Shown: positions 1 through 9,156, numbered from the stretch's first letter. The stretch is DNA of 64,000 nt from Candidatus Omnitrophota bacterium (GCA_020632535.1 JACKFJ010000007.1:13749-77748); one strand, 5' to 3'. Program-made: numbers and translations. The notes: generated from the sequence alone by a model not told the origin.

Positions 1-1225
1 AGTGTCGCACCATGCCGGCTTGGGAAAGACAGAATGTGATAAAAACGTTGATACTATAAAGAACCACAAGCAATCCAACCGAGCCTTTTGTGGCAATCAC
101 AGTGATCAAAGCCGCTAATCCCATCAGAATGATTCCGTTTTGTGTAACGAGACGGTCGCTGAGACTCGCAAATTTTGAAGGCATCCAACGGTCGACCGCC
201 ATGTTTGCTAAAACGCGTGGCCCATCCACAAAACCTGTTTGCGCGGCCACAAAAAGGAGCATGGCTTCCGATATGAGAGTCACCAAAATAAAAATTTGTC
301 CCCAAGGATTTGCCCACGTACTGGCGATATTTTCCATTAAAACCGCGTTTAAAGTTTTATTTGGTTCAGGGGAAACATTTAAGAGCAAATATGCGACCAT
401 TAAACCTGCGACCGTTAAAGCAAGAGAAATAGACATGTAACGCATGGTCATTTTCCCCGTCACTGCCTTTGGTTCTCTCAAAATGGGGAGACCATTGCTG
501 ACCGCTTCAATTCCAGTGAACGTTCCGGCGCCCAAACTATAAGCACGTAGAATAATAAAAATAAGCCCCATAACGCCAACCTCGCCGCTGGTTTTACCGA
601 TCTCAGCGACACTGGTATTGACCATGTCTGGAACTTGATGCGCGTGTGTAAAAATGGAATAGCCGATTGCGAAACAATGCGTTATGACGAATGTGAGAAA
701 AATTGGTGTTAAAGGGACAACAGACTCTTTAACACCACGCATATTCATGATCAAAAGGAGTAGAACGCCAAAGACAGCCGCTCCCAATCGGTAACTGTGC
801 CATTCGGCGGGTAAAAAGCTAAATAAAGCATCGGATGCGCTGGCAATCGAAATCGCGATGGTCAGAACATAATCGATTAGAAGAGCACAGCCGGAAATCA
901 TTCCTACATGCGGATTTAGCAGTTTACTGGCGACAAGGTATCCTCCGCCACCATTTGGGAATAATTCGATAATTTGTGAATAACTTGCGCTGATTAGAAA
1001 AACGGTAATAGCTGTGAGAATGGCGACAAAAATGCCTAAATATTGGTGTTCGCCAAGGGCTCGAAAAGCTTCTTCCGGGCCATAACAAGATGAGGATAAT
1101 CCGTCTGCGCCTAGCCCTACCCATGCAAAAAAGGCGATCAAGGACATTTGATGGAAGATTTTTTTATCTTCTGGGTTTTTTGCTTTCCCTATGGCTAATC
1201 TTTTAAGACTGTTGAAGAAAGACAT
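1..1225 (-). CDS. APC-superfamily permease (partial; C-terminal part lies left of the window)
   Basis: Absent from the ORF track because it is open at the window edge. My reverse-strand translation from the ATG (complement of 1223-1225) reads MSFFNSLKRLAIGKAKNPEDKKIFHQMSLIAFFAWVGLGADGLSSSCYGPEEAF...ELFPNGGGGYLVASKLL, which is typical of APC transporter N-termini. The frame was still open in the stretches I translated (about 421-480 and 1081-1225); I assume it stays open to position 1. Confidence 0.75.
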   Translation of the reverse strand, partial: MSFFNSLKRLAIGKAKNPEDKKIFHQMSLIAFFAWVGLGADGLSSSCYGPEEAFRALGEHQYLGIFVAILTAITVFLISASYSQIIELFPNGGGGYLVASKLLNPHVGMISGCALLIDYVLTIAISIASASDALFSFLPAEWHSYRLGAAVFGVLLLLIMNMRGVKESVVPLTPIFLTFVITHCFAIGYSIFTHAHQVPDMVNTSVAEIGKTSGEVGVMGLIFIILRAYSLGAGTFTGIEAVSNGLPILREPKAVTGKMTMRYMSISLALTVAGLMVAYLLLNVSPEPNKTLNAVLMENIASTWANPWGQIFILVTLISEAMLLFVAAQTGFVDGPRVLANMAVDRWMPSKFASLSDRLVTQNGIILMGLAALITVIATKGSVGLLVVLYSINVFITFCLSQAGMVRH

Positions 1226-1281
1226 TCCAGAATTATACAATACGCCGCTTGTATTGCAAATTTTTCTCTGTCATTTTATTC

Positions 1282-1309
1282 TTGAAAGATTTTTGCAGAT
1301 AGATATAAT
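1282..1309 (+). promoter_or_regulatory. sigma70-like promoter candidate upstream of trxA
   Basis: TTGAAA (1282-1287), a 16-nt spacer, then TATAAT (1304-1309), in the divergent intergenic region about 100 nt upstream of the trxA ATG. Confidence 0.4.
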
Positions 1310-1411
1310 AGTGACTCCTTAATGGTGGTGGAGGAAATATTGATTAAGTTTTTGTGCCGCAATGAGTTTTATGTCATAAATATTTATTAAAATGTCACTA
1401 AGGAGCATGCC

Positions 1412-1735
1412 ATGTCTGTTATTCAAGTTACGGAAAAGAACTTTGAATCTGAAGTTTTGAAGTCTTCGGTGCCGGTTTTAGTCGATTTTTGGGCAGAGTG
1501 GTGCGGGCCTTGCAAGCAGCTAAGTCCTATTGTTGATGAGCTTGCCGCGGATCTTAATGGCAAACTGAAAGTTGTTAAAGTTAATGTGGATGAAGCTAGC
1601 GAGCTAGCAGCACAGCACAGTATTATGTCAATTCCGACTCTGATGGTGTTTAAAAACGGAGAAGCTGTCGATCAGTTCGTCGGTGCTATGGGTAAAGCGC
1701 AGCTTTTGGCCAAAATTCAGCCGAATTTAGGTTAA
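1412..1735 (+). CDS. trxA: thioredoxin
   Basis: 107 aa with the WCGPC active site (DFWAEWCGPCK). AGGAG Shine-Dalgarno 6 nt upstream of the ATG. Confidence 0.95.
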   Translation: MSVIQVTEKNFESEVLKSSVPVLVDFWAEWCGPCKQLSPIVDELAADLNGKLKVVKVNVDEASELAAQHSIMSIPTLMVFKNGEAVDQFVGAMGKAQLLAKIQPNLG

Positions 1736-1756
1736 TCGTCTTTTCTAAGGAAAATT

Positions 1757-2107
1757 ATGTTGATTACTTTTTGTAAATCAAAAATTGCTCACGCGACCAT
1801 TACGCAGGCAGAATTGTATTATGAGGGCAGCATTACCATCGATGAAGCGCTTCTCAAAGCGGTAGATATTGTTCCCGGCGAAAAAGTTGAAGTTCTTAAT
1901 ATTAACAATGGTAATCGTCTGGAAACGTATGTCATTGCGGGTAAGGCCGGATCCGGTTATGTTTGTTTAAACGGTCCAGCGGCGCGTATGGGTTGTGTCG
2001 GTGATAAGATCATTATTCTGAGTTATGGCTTGCTTAATAAAACAGAAGCTAAAAAGGCCAAGACTAAAATTATATATCTCGACGAAAAAAATCATATTCG
2101 TAAATAA
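1757..2107 (+). CDS. panD: aspartate 1-decarboxylase
   Basis: 116 aa, KSKIAHATIT...YEGSITID (Gly-Ser self-cleavage site), typical PanD length and motifs. Confidence 0.9.
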   Translation: MLITFCKSKIAHATITQAELYYEGSITIDEALLKAVDIVPGEKVEVLNINNGNRLETYVIAGKAGSGYVCLNGPAARMGCVGDKIIILSYGLLNKTEAKKAKTKIIYLDEKNHIRK

Positions 2108-2137
2108 TTCCTTTTGTAGGATTCATCAATTCTTTCA

Positions 2138-2635
2138 ATGATCCCGAAATTAAATATCCGTACTTACGGCGATCCGGTTTTAAGAAAAAAAGCATCAGCT
2201 GTCTTGCATGTTGGGTCCAGTGAAAGGATGCTCATTAAAGCCATGTGGGTGGCGATGTACGAAAATAAAGGCGTAGGTTTAGCTGCTCCACAGGTTGGAA
2301 TCAGTCAACAGATTTTTGTCGCGGATGTCGGCGACGGTCCTATTGCGATTATCAATCCTAAAATATTGAAGAAAAGTGGCAGTGAAAAGATGGAAGAAGG
2401 TTGCTTGAGTATTCCTGATATCAAGCTTAGTATCCGTCGTCCGAAAGAGATTTTAGTTCAATATACCGATGAGAATAATCAAAAGATCGAGAGGCATTTG
2501 ACTGATTTGTTGGCGCGGGTTTTTATGCACGAAAATGATCATCTCAACGGCAAGCTTATCATCGATTACGCAACATTGGCGCAAAAAGCAAGGTTGCGTA
2601 AAAAATTGCTCGATATCAAGAATAAGGTTCATTAA
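2138..2635 (+). CDS. def: peptide deformylase
   Basis: GVGLAAPQVG, EGCLSIP and HENDHL metal-binding motifs. Confidence 0.95.
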   Translation: MIPKLNIRTYGDPVLRKKASAVLHVGSSERMLIKAMWVAMYENKGVGLAAPQVGISQQIFVADVGDGPIAIINPKILKKSGSEKMEEGCLSIPDIKLSIRRPKEILVQYTDENNQKIERHLTDLLARVFMHENDHLNGKLIIDYATLAQKARLRKKLLDIKNKVH

Positions 2636-2637
2636 TT

Positions 2638-3543
2638 ATGTCTTCTGCACCAGATGTCACGCGCTTGCCGCAGTGGTTTCGACAAGAAATTCCTGATATG
2701 CAACGCATCAGCCAGATGAAAGGATCATTCCGGGAAAAACGTCTTCACACCGTTTGTGAGAGTGCCCATTGTCCTAATTTGGGCAAATGTTGGGGGCAGG
2801 GTGTTGCGACGTTTATGATTTTAGGCGAAGTATGCACGCGGGCTTGTCGTTTTTGTGCGGTAAAGGCGGGATTACCAAATGAATTGGATTTGGCGGAGCC
2901 TCACAATGTTGCGCTAGCTGTTCAGGAACTTAATTTGCGATATGTTGTTATTACATCGGTAGCGCGCGATGATCTCAAAGATGAAGGCGCAACGCAGTTT
3001 AGTGAAACGATTTCTGAAATTCGTCGTTTGATGCCGCACACAAAAATCGAAATTTTAATTCCCGATTTTTCTAATAAGATGGAAAGTTTACAAATAGTTG
3101 TCGCGGCAAAACCAGAAGTCGTCAGTCATAATCTTGAAACAGTTCGGCGGCTTTCGCCTAAAGTTCGTCCGCAGGCTCAATATGATCGTTCTTTGGCTGT
3201 TCTTAAGAATTTTAAGGATTTGGATGCTAATATTTTTACCAAGTCGAGCTTAATGGTTGGTCTTGGTGAGACGGATGAAGAAATGAAATACGCTATGGCA
3301 GACTTGGCGGAGGTAGGTTGTGATATTTTAACGGTGGGACAATATTTGGCGCCGACACAATTGAAACGTCATTTGCCTGTTGTGAAATTTATCGCACCCG
3401 AAAAGTTTAAGGAATACGAAGTGATTGGCTATGAAATGGGTTTCAAGCATGTGATGTCCGGCCCGCTTGTGCGCAGTTCGTTTATTGCGGAAGAAGGTTA
3501 CACCGAAGCCATGCGGGCATTACAAGAAAAGTCTGTTCTTTAA
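2638..3543 (+). CDS. lipA: lipoyl synthase
   Basis: CPNLGKCW and radical-SAM CTRACRFC cluster motifs; 301 aa. Confidence 0.95.
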   Translation: MSSAPDVTRLPQWFRQEIPDMQRISQMKGSFREKRLHTVCESAHCPNLGKCWGQGVATFMILGEVCTRACRFCAVKAGLPNELDLAEPHNVALAVQELNLRYVVITSVARDDLKDEGATQFSETISEIRRLMPHTKIEILIPDFSNKMESLQIVVAAKPEVVSHNLETVRRLSPKVRPQAQYDRSLAVLKNFKDLDANIFTKSSLMVGLGETDEEMKYAMADLAEVGCDILTVGQYLAPTQLKRHLPVVKFIAPEKFKEYEVIGYEMGFKHVMSGPLVRSSFIAEEGYTEAMRALQEKSVL

Positions 3544-3546
3544 TTT

Positions 3547-4512
3547 ATGAGCGATCAATTCAAAAAAATTCTTAGCAATGCCATTCCCTTCGTTCTTAGC
3601 GGTGGATTGCTTTGGTTTCTTTTTACGAAAATAGATTTTCCTCACACCGTCGCTGTTATAAAGTCTGCGGATATCCAATTTATTCTGTATGCCCTCGTTT
3701 TTTTTGTCCTTATCAATTTTATTTTGATTATTCGGTGGTTTGTTTTTATTAAAGCGTTGGAGCTGAAAGTAAAATTCTCGACGGCGGTACGATTTTATCT
3801 TATCGGGCTTTTGGGGAATTCTATTTTGCCGGGAGCGATCGGTGGAGACCTTATTAAGATTCTTGGGTTGTGTTCCGGCACAAAAGATAAACCTAAAGTC
3901 GTCGCATCTGTCTTATTAGATCGTTTAAGCGGATTTGCCGGCATGGTTGTGGTTGCCTCGGTGACTTTTATTTTAGGCTTTAAGATGATTTCGAATCTTT
4001 CGGTTGTGATCTTGATTGTTTGTATGGCGCTTGCATCGACAGTCATTGGTGTCGTTTTGTTTAATGAAACGGCATATTCTTTTTGTTGCCAAATTTTTGG
4101 TCGTTTTCCAAAGTTCAAAGATAGTTTGATGCGAATGCATTATGATATTGCCCTTTTAAAAGGTCGTCAGGGAGCAGGATATCAGGCGATCTTTTTGTCC
4201 GCGCTTTCACAATTGACGCTTGCTGTTACATATTTTTTGATTGCCAAGGCTTTGCATCAAGATGTTCTATTTTTTTATTTTCTAATCTTTACTCCTCTTA
4301 TTTGTGTTGTCTCATCGGTGCCTTCCATAGGTGGCTTGGGTGTGCGTGAAGCAGGTGCGGCTTACTTTTTTGGAATTGTCGGTGTTGCCTCCGGAATTGG
4401 GGGGAGTATAACATTCATCAGTTTTCTCTTCATGCTTTTAGTCGGTATTTTTGGGGGATTATATTTTGTATTGACTCGACCCCAAAAATCGATCGTGCAA
4501 GTCTCCAATTAG
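3547..4512 (+). CDS. flippase-like polytopic membrane protein (UPF0104 / lysyl-PG synthase TM-region family)
   Basis: Multi-TM protein with GNSILPGAIGGDLIK and SVPSIGGLGVREAG motifs characteristic of this family. Confidence 0.7.
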   Translation: MSDQFKKILSNAIPFVLSGGLLWFLFTKIDFPHTVAVIKSADIQFILYALVFFVLINFILIIRWFVFIKALELKVKFSTAVRFYLIGLLGNSILPGAIGGDLIKILGLCSGTKDKPKVVASVLLDRLSGFAGMVVVASVTFILGFKMISNLSVVILIVCMALASTVIGVVLFNETAYSFCCQIFGRFPKFKDSLMRMHYDIALLKGRQGAGYQAIFLSALSQLTLAVTYFLIAKALHQDVLFFYFLIFTPLICVVSSVPSIGGLGVREAGAAYFFGIVGVASGIGGSITFISFLFMLLVGIFGGLYFVLTRPQKSIVQVSN

Positions 4513-4527
4513 TGGAAAATTTATTCA

Positions 4528-5034
4528 ATGTCATTGCATTTTATTCTAGACGGTTATAATCTGGTAAAGCAGGACGCAAATTTTGCGGTACTTAAGCTTG
4601 AGGCAGGCCGTTTAGCGCTTTTAAAGTTGATTGAAAGTCGTAAATTGCAAGGCAGTGACAGCAATCCGGTTACGGTTGTTTTTGACGGACAATTAGGTCA
4701 TACCGAGGAACGTTACTCTGCGGGAATTAACGTGGTTTTTACTAGCGTGGAAACCGCGGATGATTGGATAAAGCGTTTTGTTGAAGATTCGCAAACGCCT
4801 AAAAATATCGTGGTTGTTACCGATGATCGCGAAATTCGTTATTTTGTGCGTGCTTTAGGGGCGGCTTTGATGGGTACGCGTGAGTTTTTGGAAGGACGTG
4901 GTTCTCGACGACGTGAAGCAGATCGGGCGAGGAAACTCAAAAGAATTCAAAGCGATAAGAAAAATATTTCCAGCGTTGTTGAAGATAAAATCACTTCCGA
5001 GATGAGTCGGGTTTGGCTTAAGGGTAAAAAATGA
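4528..5034 (+). CDS. NYN-domain (YacP/Rae1-like) predicted RNase
   Basis: ILDGYNLV...VVFDG...VVFTS..ETADDWI...VVTDDREI pattern of the YacP-like NYN family, followed by a basic C-terminal tail. Confidence 0.65.
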   Translation: MSLHFILDGYNLVKQDANFAVLKLEAGRLALLKLIESRKLQGSDSNPVTVVFDGQLGHTEERYSAGINVVFTSVETADDWIKRFVEDSQTPKNIVVVTDDREIRYFVRALGAALMGTREFLEGRGSRRREADRARKLKRIQSDKKNISSVVEDKITSEMSRVWLKGKK

Positions 5035-5038
5035 CACA

Positions 5039-5809
5039 ATGAGTTTTATTTTTAATCATTTTATAAAATTTATCGCAGGTGTTGGCGAAGCGCTATTTTT
5101 TCTATTGGATGTTGTTAAATATATCATTCTTGGGAGGATTCGCTGGAGTGAAGTTTTAAAGCAAATTTTTGAGCAGGGCATTCAATCTGTTGTGATCATT
5201 TGTTTAACGTCGATGGCGTCGGGCGCGGTTTTAGCTTTGCAAAGCTATGTTATGCTCAATCGGTTTGGTTCTAAGGAATTGGTTGCGCAGCTTGTGGCCT
5301 TATCTTTGGTGCGGGAATTGAGCCCGGTTTTTAGTTCTTTTGTTTTTACGGGAAAAGTTGGCGCGCGCATTACCGCGGAATTGGGTACCATGAAAGTCAA
5401 TGATCAGTTGACTGCAACGCGAGCTATGGGAGTTGATCCTGTTGAGTTCTTGGTTGTGCCGCGTATGGTTGCCTGTTTTTTAGTTTTACCGGGCTTGGTT
5501 GTTCTTTCTGAAGTTGTCGGAATTTGGGGCGGATATATGGTTGGTGTTTATAGTGCCGGAATTTCCAGCTCGACATATATTCATCAAACTTTGAGTGCCG
5601 TTGGAATGGTCGATTTCTTTAGTGGATTTACAAAAACATTTTTGTTCGCGCTTTTGATTTCATGGGTCGCTTGTTATCAAGGTTTTAAAACCAGCGGTGG
5701 ATCTTTGGGTGTTGGTCAATATACGACTAAAGCGGTCGCATTGTCATATATTTTAGTAGTTGTTTCTAACGTTTTTGTAACAAAAATCATTTTAGTGTTT
5801 TGGGGTTAA
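5039..5809 (+). CDS. mlaE: MlaE-family ABC transporter permease
   Basis: 256 aa polytopic protein. LVRELSPV...TAELGTMKVNDQLTATRAMGVDP is the MlaE/TTG2B signature. Confidence 0.85.
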   Translation: MSFIFNHFIKFIAGVGEALFFLLDVVKYIILGRIRWSEVLKQIFEQGIQSVVIICLTSMASGAVLALQSYVMLNRFGSKELVAQLVALSLVRELSPVFSSFVFTGKVGARITAELGTMKVNDQLTATRAMGVDPVEFLVVPRMVACFLVLPGLVVLSEVVGIWGGYMVGVYSAGISSSTYIHQTLSAVGMVDFFSGFTKTFLFALLISWVACYQGFKTSGGSLGVGQYTTKAVALSYILVVVSNVFVTKIILVFWG

Positions 5810-5824
5810 CAGGGGAGGGTTCGC

Positions 5825-6190
5825 GTGGTGAAAAATATTATTTACACTCTTGGAATCATGTTTGTGGTGGGGACTGTTAGTCTTGGGTGTAGTTCTACGT
5901 CGGAGAATGAGGGAAGTTTTACGATGTATAAATTCAAGACTCCAGAATCTGAATGGATTCGTAATGGCGAGCCGATTGAGTTTGAAGGTGAATTGTGGTA
6001 TCCGCGCGACAGTGTTGATATTTTAACGGACTCGGAAGTGACGCCCTTGGGTGTATATCGTGACGTCCCCTATTATTTGCAAACCATTGATGTCCGTCCG
6101 TATGATCGTCTGTATACGAAATTTGGTAAAAATAAGTTCCGTCTTTTTGAGACTAAAAATCAAAATGATAAAAGTAAACAAGCTTTTTAA
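5825..6190 (+). CDS. small lipoprotein, function unknown
   Basis: GTG start after a GGGAGGG SD; signal peptide with lipobox VSLGC. The 3' end overlaps the likely mlaF start by 26 nt. Confidence 0.5.
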   Translation: MVKNIIYTLGIMFVVGTVSLGCSSTSENEGSFTMYKFKTPESEWIRNGEPIEFEGELWYPRDSVDILTDSEVTPLGVYRDVPYYLQTIDVRPYDRLYTKFGKNKFRLFETKNQNDKSKQAF

Positions 6191-6881
6191 ACAATTTGGA
6201 AGTCAGGTCGTCTTAAACGAAATCAGCTTTGAAATAAAGCCGGGTGAACTTTTGGTTATTTTAGGCGAAAGTGGGTCGGGGAAAAGTGTACTTTTGCAAC
6301 ACTTGATTGGATTGATTAAGCCGGATCATGGCGTAGTTGAAATCGAAGGACGTGATATTACCAAATTACGTGAAAGTGATCTTTTGCGTGTCCGTCGAGA
6401 TATGGGTTATCTTTTTCAGGACGGCGCTTTGTATGATTTTATGACGGTGTATGAGAATGCCGCTTTTCCTTTACGAGAACACACGCGTTTAAAACGTAAA
6501 GATATTAAAACGAAAGTACTGGATATTCTTAAAATGGTTGATTTAAAAGGTGCTGAAGGTAAATTTCCTTCGCAACTAAGCGGTGGTATGCGAAAGCGCG
6601 CGGCATTGGCGCGGGCTGTTATTATGGATTCAAAAATTCTTTTTTGTGATGAGCCTACGTCGGGACTTGACCCGATTAAAAGTCGTAATATTATGGATTT
6701 GATTAACACGATTGTTCGTAAACTCAAGTGCACAACGGTAATTGCGTCGCATGACATTATTAATTCTTTGCGTATCGCGGATCGATTGATATTGATACGG
6801 CAAGGTCAGATTGTGGCTGCGGGAACACCAGCGGAATTGCGCTCATCGAAAGATGCGTATTTGCAAGAATTCTTTAATTAA
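6165..6881 (+). CDS. mlaF: MlaF-family ABC transporter ATP-binding protein
   Basis: Walker A GESGSGKS, LSGGMRKR signature and Walker B ILFCDEPTSGLD. Start moved to Met39 of track ORF 6051..6881 (MIKVNKLFKQFG), because the upstream residues are the alternate frame of the preceding gene. Confidence 0.85.
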   Translation: MIKVNKLFKQFGSQVVLNEISFEIKPGELLVILGESGSGKSVLLQHLIGLIKPDHGVVEIEGRDITKLRESDLLRVRRDMGYLFQDGALYDFMTVYENAAFPLREHTRLKRKDIKTKVLDILKMVDLKGAEGKFPSQLSGGMRKRAALARAVIMDSKILFCDEPTSGLDPIKSRNIMDLINTIVRKLKCTTVIASHDIINSLRIADRLILIRQGQIVAAGTPAELRSSKDAYLQEFFN

Positions 6882-6902
6882 CCTGATTGTGGAGTTTTTT
6901 CT

Positions 6903-7496
6903 ATGGAGCAAAACGATTTTTTAAAGAAATTTTTCGCGGGATTGTTCTTTATTCTCTGCCTTGGTCTTGTCGCCGTTGTGGTTTTTGTTATCGGTGTTGA
7001 AAAGGGATTGACTCAGCCGAAATTTCATATGACTGTTGTTTTTAGCAAAGTCGGGGGGTTGACTGTAGGCGCGCCGGTACGATTGTCGGGGGTCACTGTT
7101 GGGACTGTCAGAGATATTGGTTTTCTTGATAAGGAAATTGCCGGTCGTGACGTTGAAGTTAAATTGAATCTGTATTCGAAATATCAAAAGCAGCTTTTTA
7201 AGAGTGTCAAATTTGCGATTATTACTGAGGGAGTTCTGGGGCAAAAGATTCTTGAGATCACTACATCGCCGGGATTTCGACGTACAGATTTAACGCGAAC
7301 AGTTATCGGGGTGGATCCACTTGATGTGCAGAATTTGACGGAAACTTTTGGTGACGCAGCTGGGTCGCTTTTGGAAACGTCCAAGTCAATTAATGAAATG
7401 ATTCGTGAAATTAAAGATGTTTCTGGGTCAACTAAGCGTCTCTTAAATCGTCTTGAACAGCGGGTTATTGATGGCAATTTGTTTAAAGTTTTTTAA
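6903..7496 (+). CDS. mlaD: MlaD-family (MCE domain) substrate-binding protein
   Basis: N-terminal TM helix followed by an MCE-type motif (GLTVGAPVRLSGVTVGTV). Confidence 0.8.
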   Translation: MEQNDFLKKFFAGLFFILCLGLVAVVVFVIGVEKGLTQPKFHMTVVFSKVGGLTVGAPVRLSGVTVGTVRDIGFLDKEIAGRDVEVKLNLYSKYQKQLFKSVKFAIITEGVLGQKILEITTSPGFRRTDLTRTVIGVDPLDVQNLTETFGDAAGSLLETSKSINEMIREIKDVSGSTKRLLNRLEQRVIDGNLFKVF

Positions 7497-7511
7497 TTGT
7501 TGGGAGGGTCT

Positions 7512-7805
7512 ATGTTTGTTTTAGGAAATTTTGTTATCGCTGTTGCTCAGATTACCAATATTCTTTTGACGGCTTTGTATTGGCTGATCCTTGTGCGGGC
7601 ACTGATCAGTTGGGTCAATCCCGATCCATTTAATCCTATTGTTCAGCTTTTGCATCAGGCGACAGAACCGATTCTAGAGCCCATTCGTCGTTTTCTTCCG
7701 TCGTCAGGAATTGATTTTTCACCTCTTGTTGCTTTTTTAGTGATATTTTTTGCGCGGTCATTTATTGTGGGTACGCTTCTGGATATTGGTTATCGTTTGC
7801 AATGA
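7512..7805 (+). CDS. yggT: YggT-family membrane protein
   Basis: LILVRALISWVNPDPFNPIVQ...TEPIL.PIRR motif. ATG at 7512 follows a GGGAGGG SD; the track start at 7497 is a TTG. Confidence 0.8.
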   Translation: MFVLGNFVIAVAQITNILLTALYWLILVRALISWVNPDPFNPIVQLLHQATEPILEPIRRFLPSSGIDFSPLVAFLVIFFARSFIVGTLLDIGYRLQ

Positions 7806-7819
7806 CGTTTTTTTAAACC

Positions 7820-7848
7820 TTGCAAAAGCCAAGTATTTTGTGTATAAA
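7820..7848 (+). promoter_or_regulatory. sigma70-like promoter candidate upstream of ybaB
   Basis: TTGCAA (7820-7825), a 17-nt spacer, then TATAAA (7843-7848). Confidence 0.45.
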
Positions 7849-7885
7849 TCTTTAATATTCAAGTCACACCATAAGGAGATTTTAT

Positions 7886-8170
7886 ATGTTTGATAAGATG
7901 AAACAGTTGATGGAAATGAAAGGCCAAGCGGATCGGCTTAAAAAGGAATTGGATGGCGTGACCGTTGAAATTGCGGAAGTTAAGGGCATCAAGATTTCAA
8001 TAACCGGAAGCCAGGAAATCAAAGCGATTGATATTGACGAGGCACTTCTTACTCCGACGAATAAAAAGCGTATTGAGGCGGATTTGATGAGAAGTCTTAA
8101 TGTGGCGACGAAAAAAGTTCAGCAGGTCGCCGCGCAGAAGATGATGTCCGCGATGCCGGGTTTAAGATAA
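7886..8170 (+). CDS. ybaB: YbaB/EbfC nucleoid-associated protein
   Basis: 94 aa, MKQLMEMKGQADRLKKEL...ISITG...IDIDEALL pattern of YbaB; AAGGAG SD. Confidence 0.85.
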   Translation: MFDKMKQLMEMKGQADRLKKELDGVTVEIAEVKGIKISITGSQEIKAIDIDEALLTPTNKKRIEADLMRSLNVATKKVQQVAAQKMMSAMPGLR

Positions 8171-8191
8171 ATTCAATTAAGGAGGATTCAT

Positions 8192-8425
8192 ATGCCGTAT
8201 GATGCATCATTAGATAAAGAAACATTCAAGGTGACCAAGGAATTTGGCGAAAGCCGTGTGACGGTTGGGGTTTTTTCTTATAATAATGGCGAGAAGAAAT
8301 TGCAGATTTCCCGCGAAAATCGTGATCAAAATAATGAGTGGCGCTTTGCTAAACTTGGCCGTATGAATAAGGCGGAAGCACAGGAAGTCGCTCCTCTTAT
8401 TATGAAGGCTATCGAAAGTATGTGA
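8192..8425 (+). CDS. small PC4/YdbC-like putative ssDNA-binding protein
   Basis: 77 aa with an AAGGAGG SD. The segment VGVFSYNNGEKKLQISRE...WRFAKLGRMNKAEAQEV resembles the bacterial PC4-like (YdbC) pattern. Recognition by eye only. Confidence 0.45.
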   Translation: MPYDASLDKETFKVTKEFGESRVTVGVFSYNNGEKKLQISRENRDQNNEWRFAKLGRMNKAEAQEVAPLIMKAIESM

Positions 8426-8444
8426 CGCCTCGCGTCTTTTTTTT
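8424..8444 (+). terminator. intrinsic terminator candidate after the ybaB operon / upstream of greA
   Basis: GACGC-CTC-GCGTC hairpin (8424-8436) followed by T8 (8437-8444). A competing 11-bp stem pairs GACGCCTCGCG with CGCGAGGTGTC (to 8464). Confidence 0.55.
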
Positions 8445-8545
8445 GCTGCTTTACGCGAGGTGTCATATCGTGGTTTTACAAAGCCACGGTATAAGCGATG
8501 TGTTTATAGTTAGAAAAATTAATTGAAATAATTCTTAGGAGTAAT

Positions 8546-9025
8546 ATGGGACAGGAAATTTATTTAACGCGCGCAGGTTACGAAAAATTACGAGTTGATT
8601 TGGAGCAATTAAAGACGACGGAACGTCATCGTATTTCCAAAGCGATCGGTGAAGCGCGGTTGATGGGGGACATTTCTGAAAACGCTGAATATGATGCGGC
8701 TAAGGACGCGCAGGCGCATTGTGAAGCGCGTATTGCTGAACTTGAAGCCAAGTTAGCGAATGTTCGTATTATTGAGGATCAAAAAATTGCGGGCGATAAA
8801 GTTTTGATTGGTGCTTTGGTGTCCTTAAAGGACATTGAGTCTGGTGAACAGATGAAGTATTTGATGGTTTCTCCCGAAGAAGCCAGTTATGAAGAAAAGA
8901 AAATATCGATTTTCTCGCCTATCGGCAAGGGTTTGCTTGGCCACAAGGTTGGGGAAAGCATTGATATCAAGGTTCCTGCCGGAATTCTCCGTTACAAAAT
9001 CCTTAAAATTGAGCGTCCTCTATAA
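8546..9025 (+). CDS. greA: transcription elongation factor GreA
   Basis: 159 aa; LT..GYEKL..DLEQLK...GDISENAEYDAAKDAQ and the C-terminal FKBP-like domain. Confidence 0.95.
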   Translation: MGQEIYLTRAGYEKLRVDLEQLKTTERHRISKAIGEARLMGDISENAEYDAAKDAQAHCEARIAELEAKLANVRIIEDQKIAGDKVLIGALVSLKDIESGEQMKYLMVSPEEASYEEKKISIFSPIGKGLLGHKVGESIDIKVPAGILRYKILKIERPL

Positions 9026-9046
9026 CGAGTTGCGACTTAAATTAAA

Positions 9047-9075
9047 TTGCTTTTAAGGGCAGTTTCGAGTATATT
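9047..9075 (+). promoter_or_regulatory. weak sigma70-like promoter candidate upstream of the giant ORF
   Basis: TTGCTT (9047-9052), a 17-nt spacer, then TATATT (9070-9075). Confidence 0.3.
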
Positions 9076-9156
9076 TGTGTTGTGTATCTTGTGTGTATTT
9101 CTCTTTTATCTTAATTTCACATTGAAATCTTTTATTTTTAATTTTAGTGGAGAGGA

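Noticed and set aside
6051-6164. N-terminal 38-aa extension of mlaF in the ORF track. Analogous extensions occur at 16199-16348, 17694-17858, 31620-31694, 47583-47645, 57013-57042 and 49646-49669.
   Set aside because: The extensions overlap the preceding gene in another frame and lack similarity to the family. Internal ATG or GTG codons with SD sequences give canonical N-termini.
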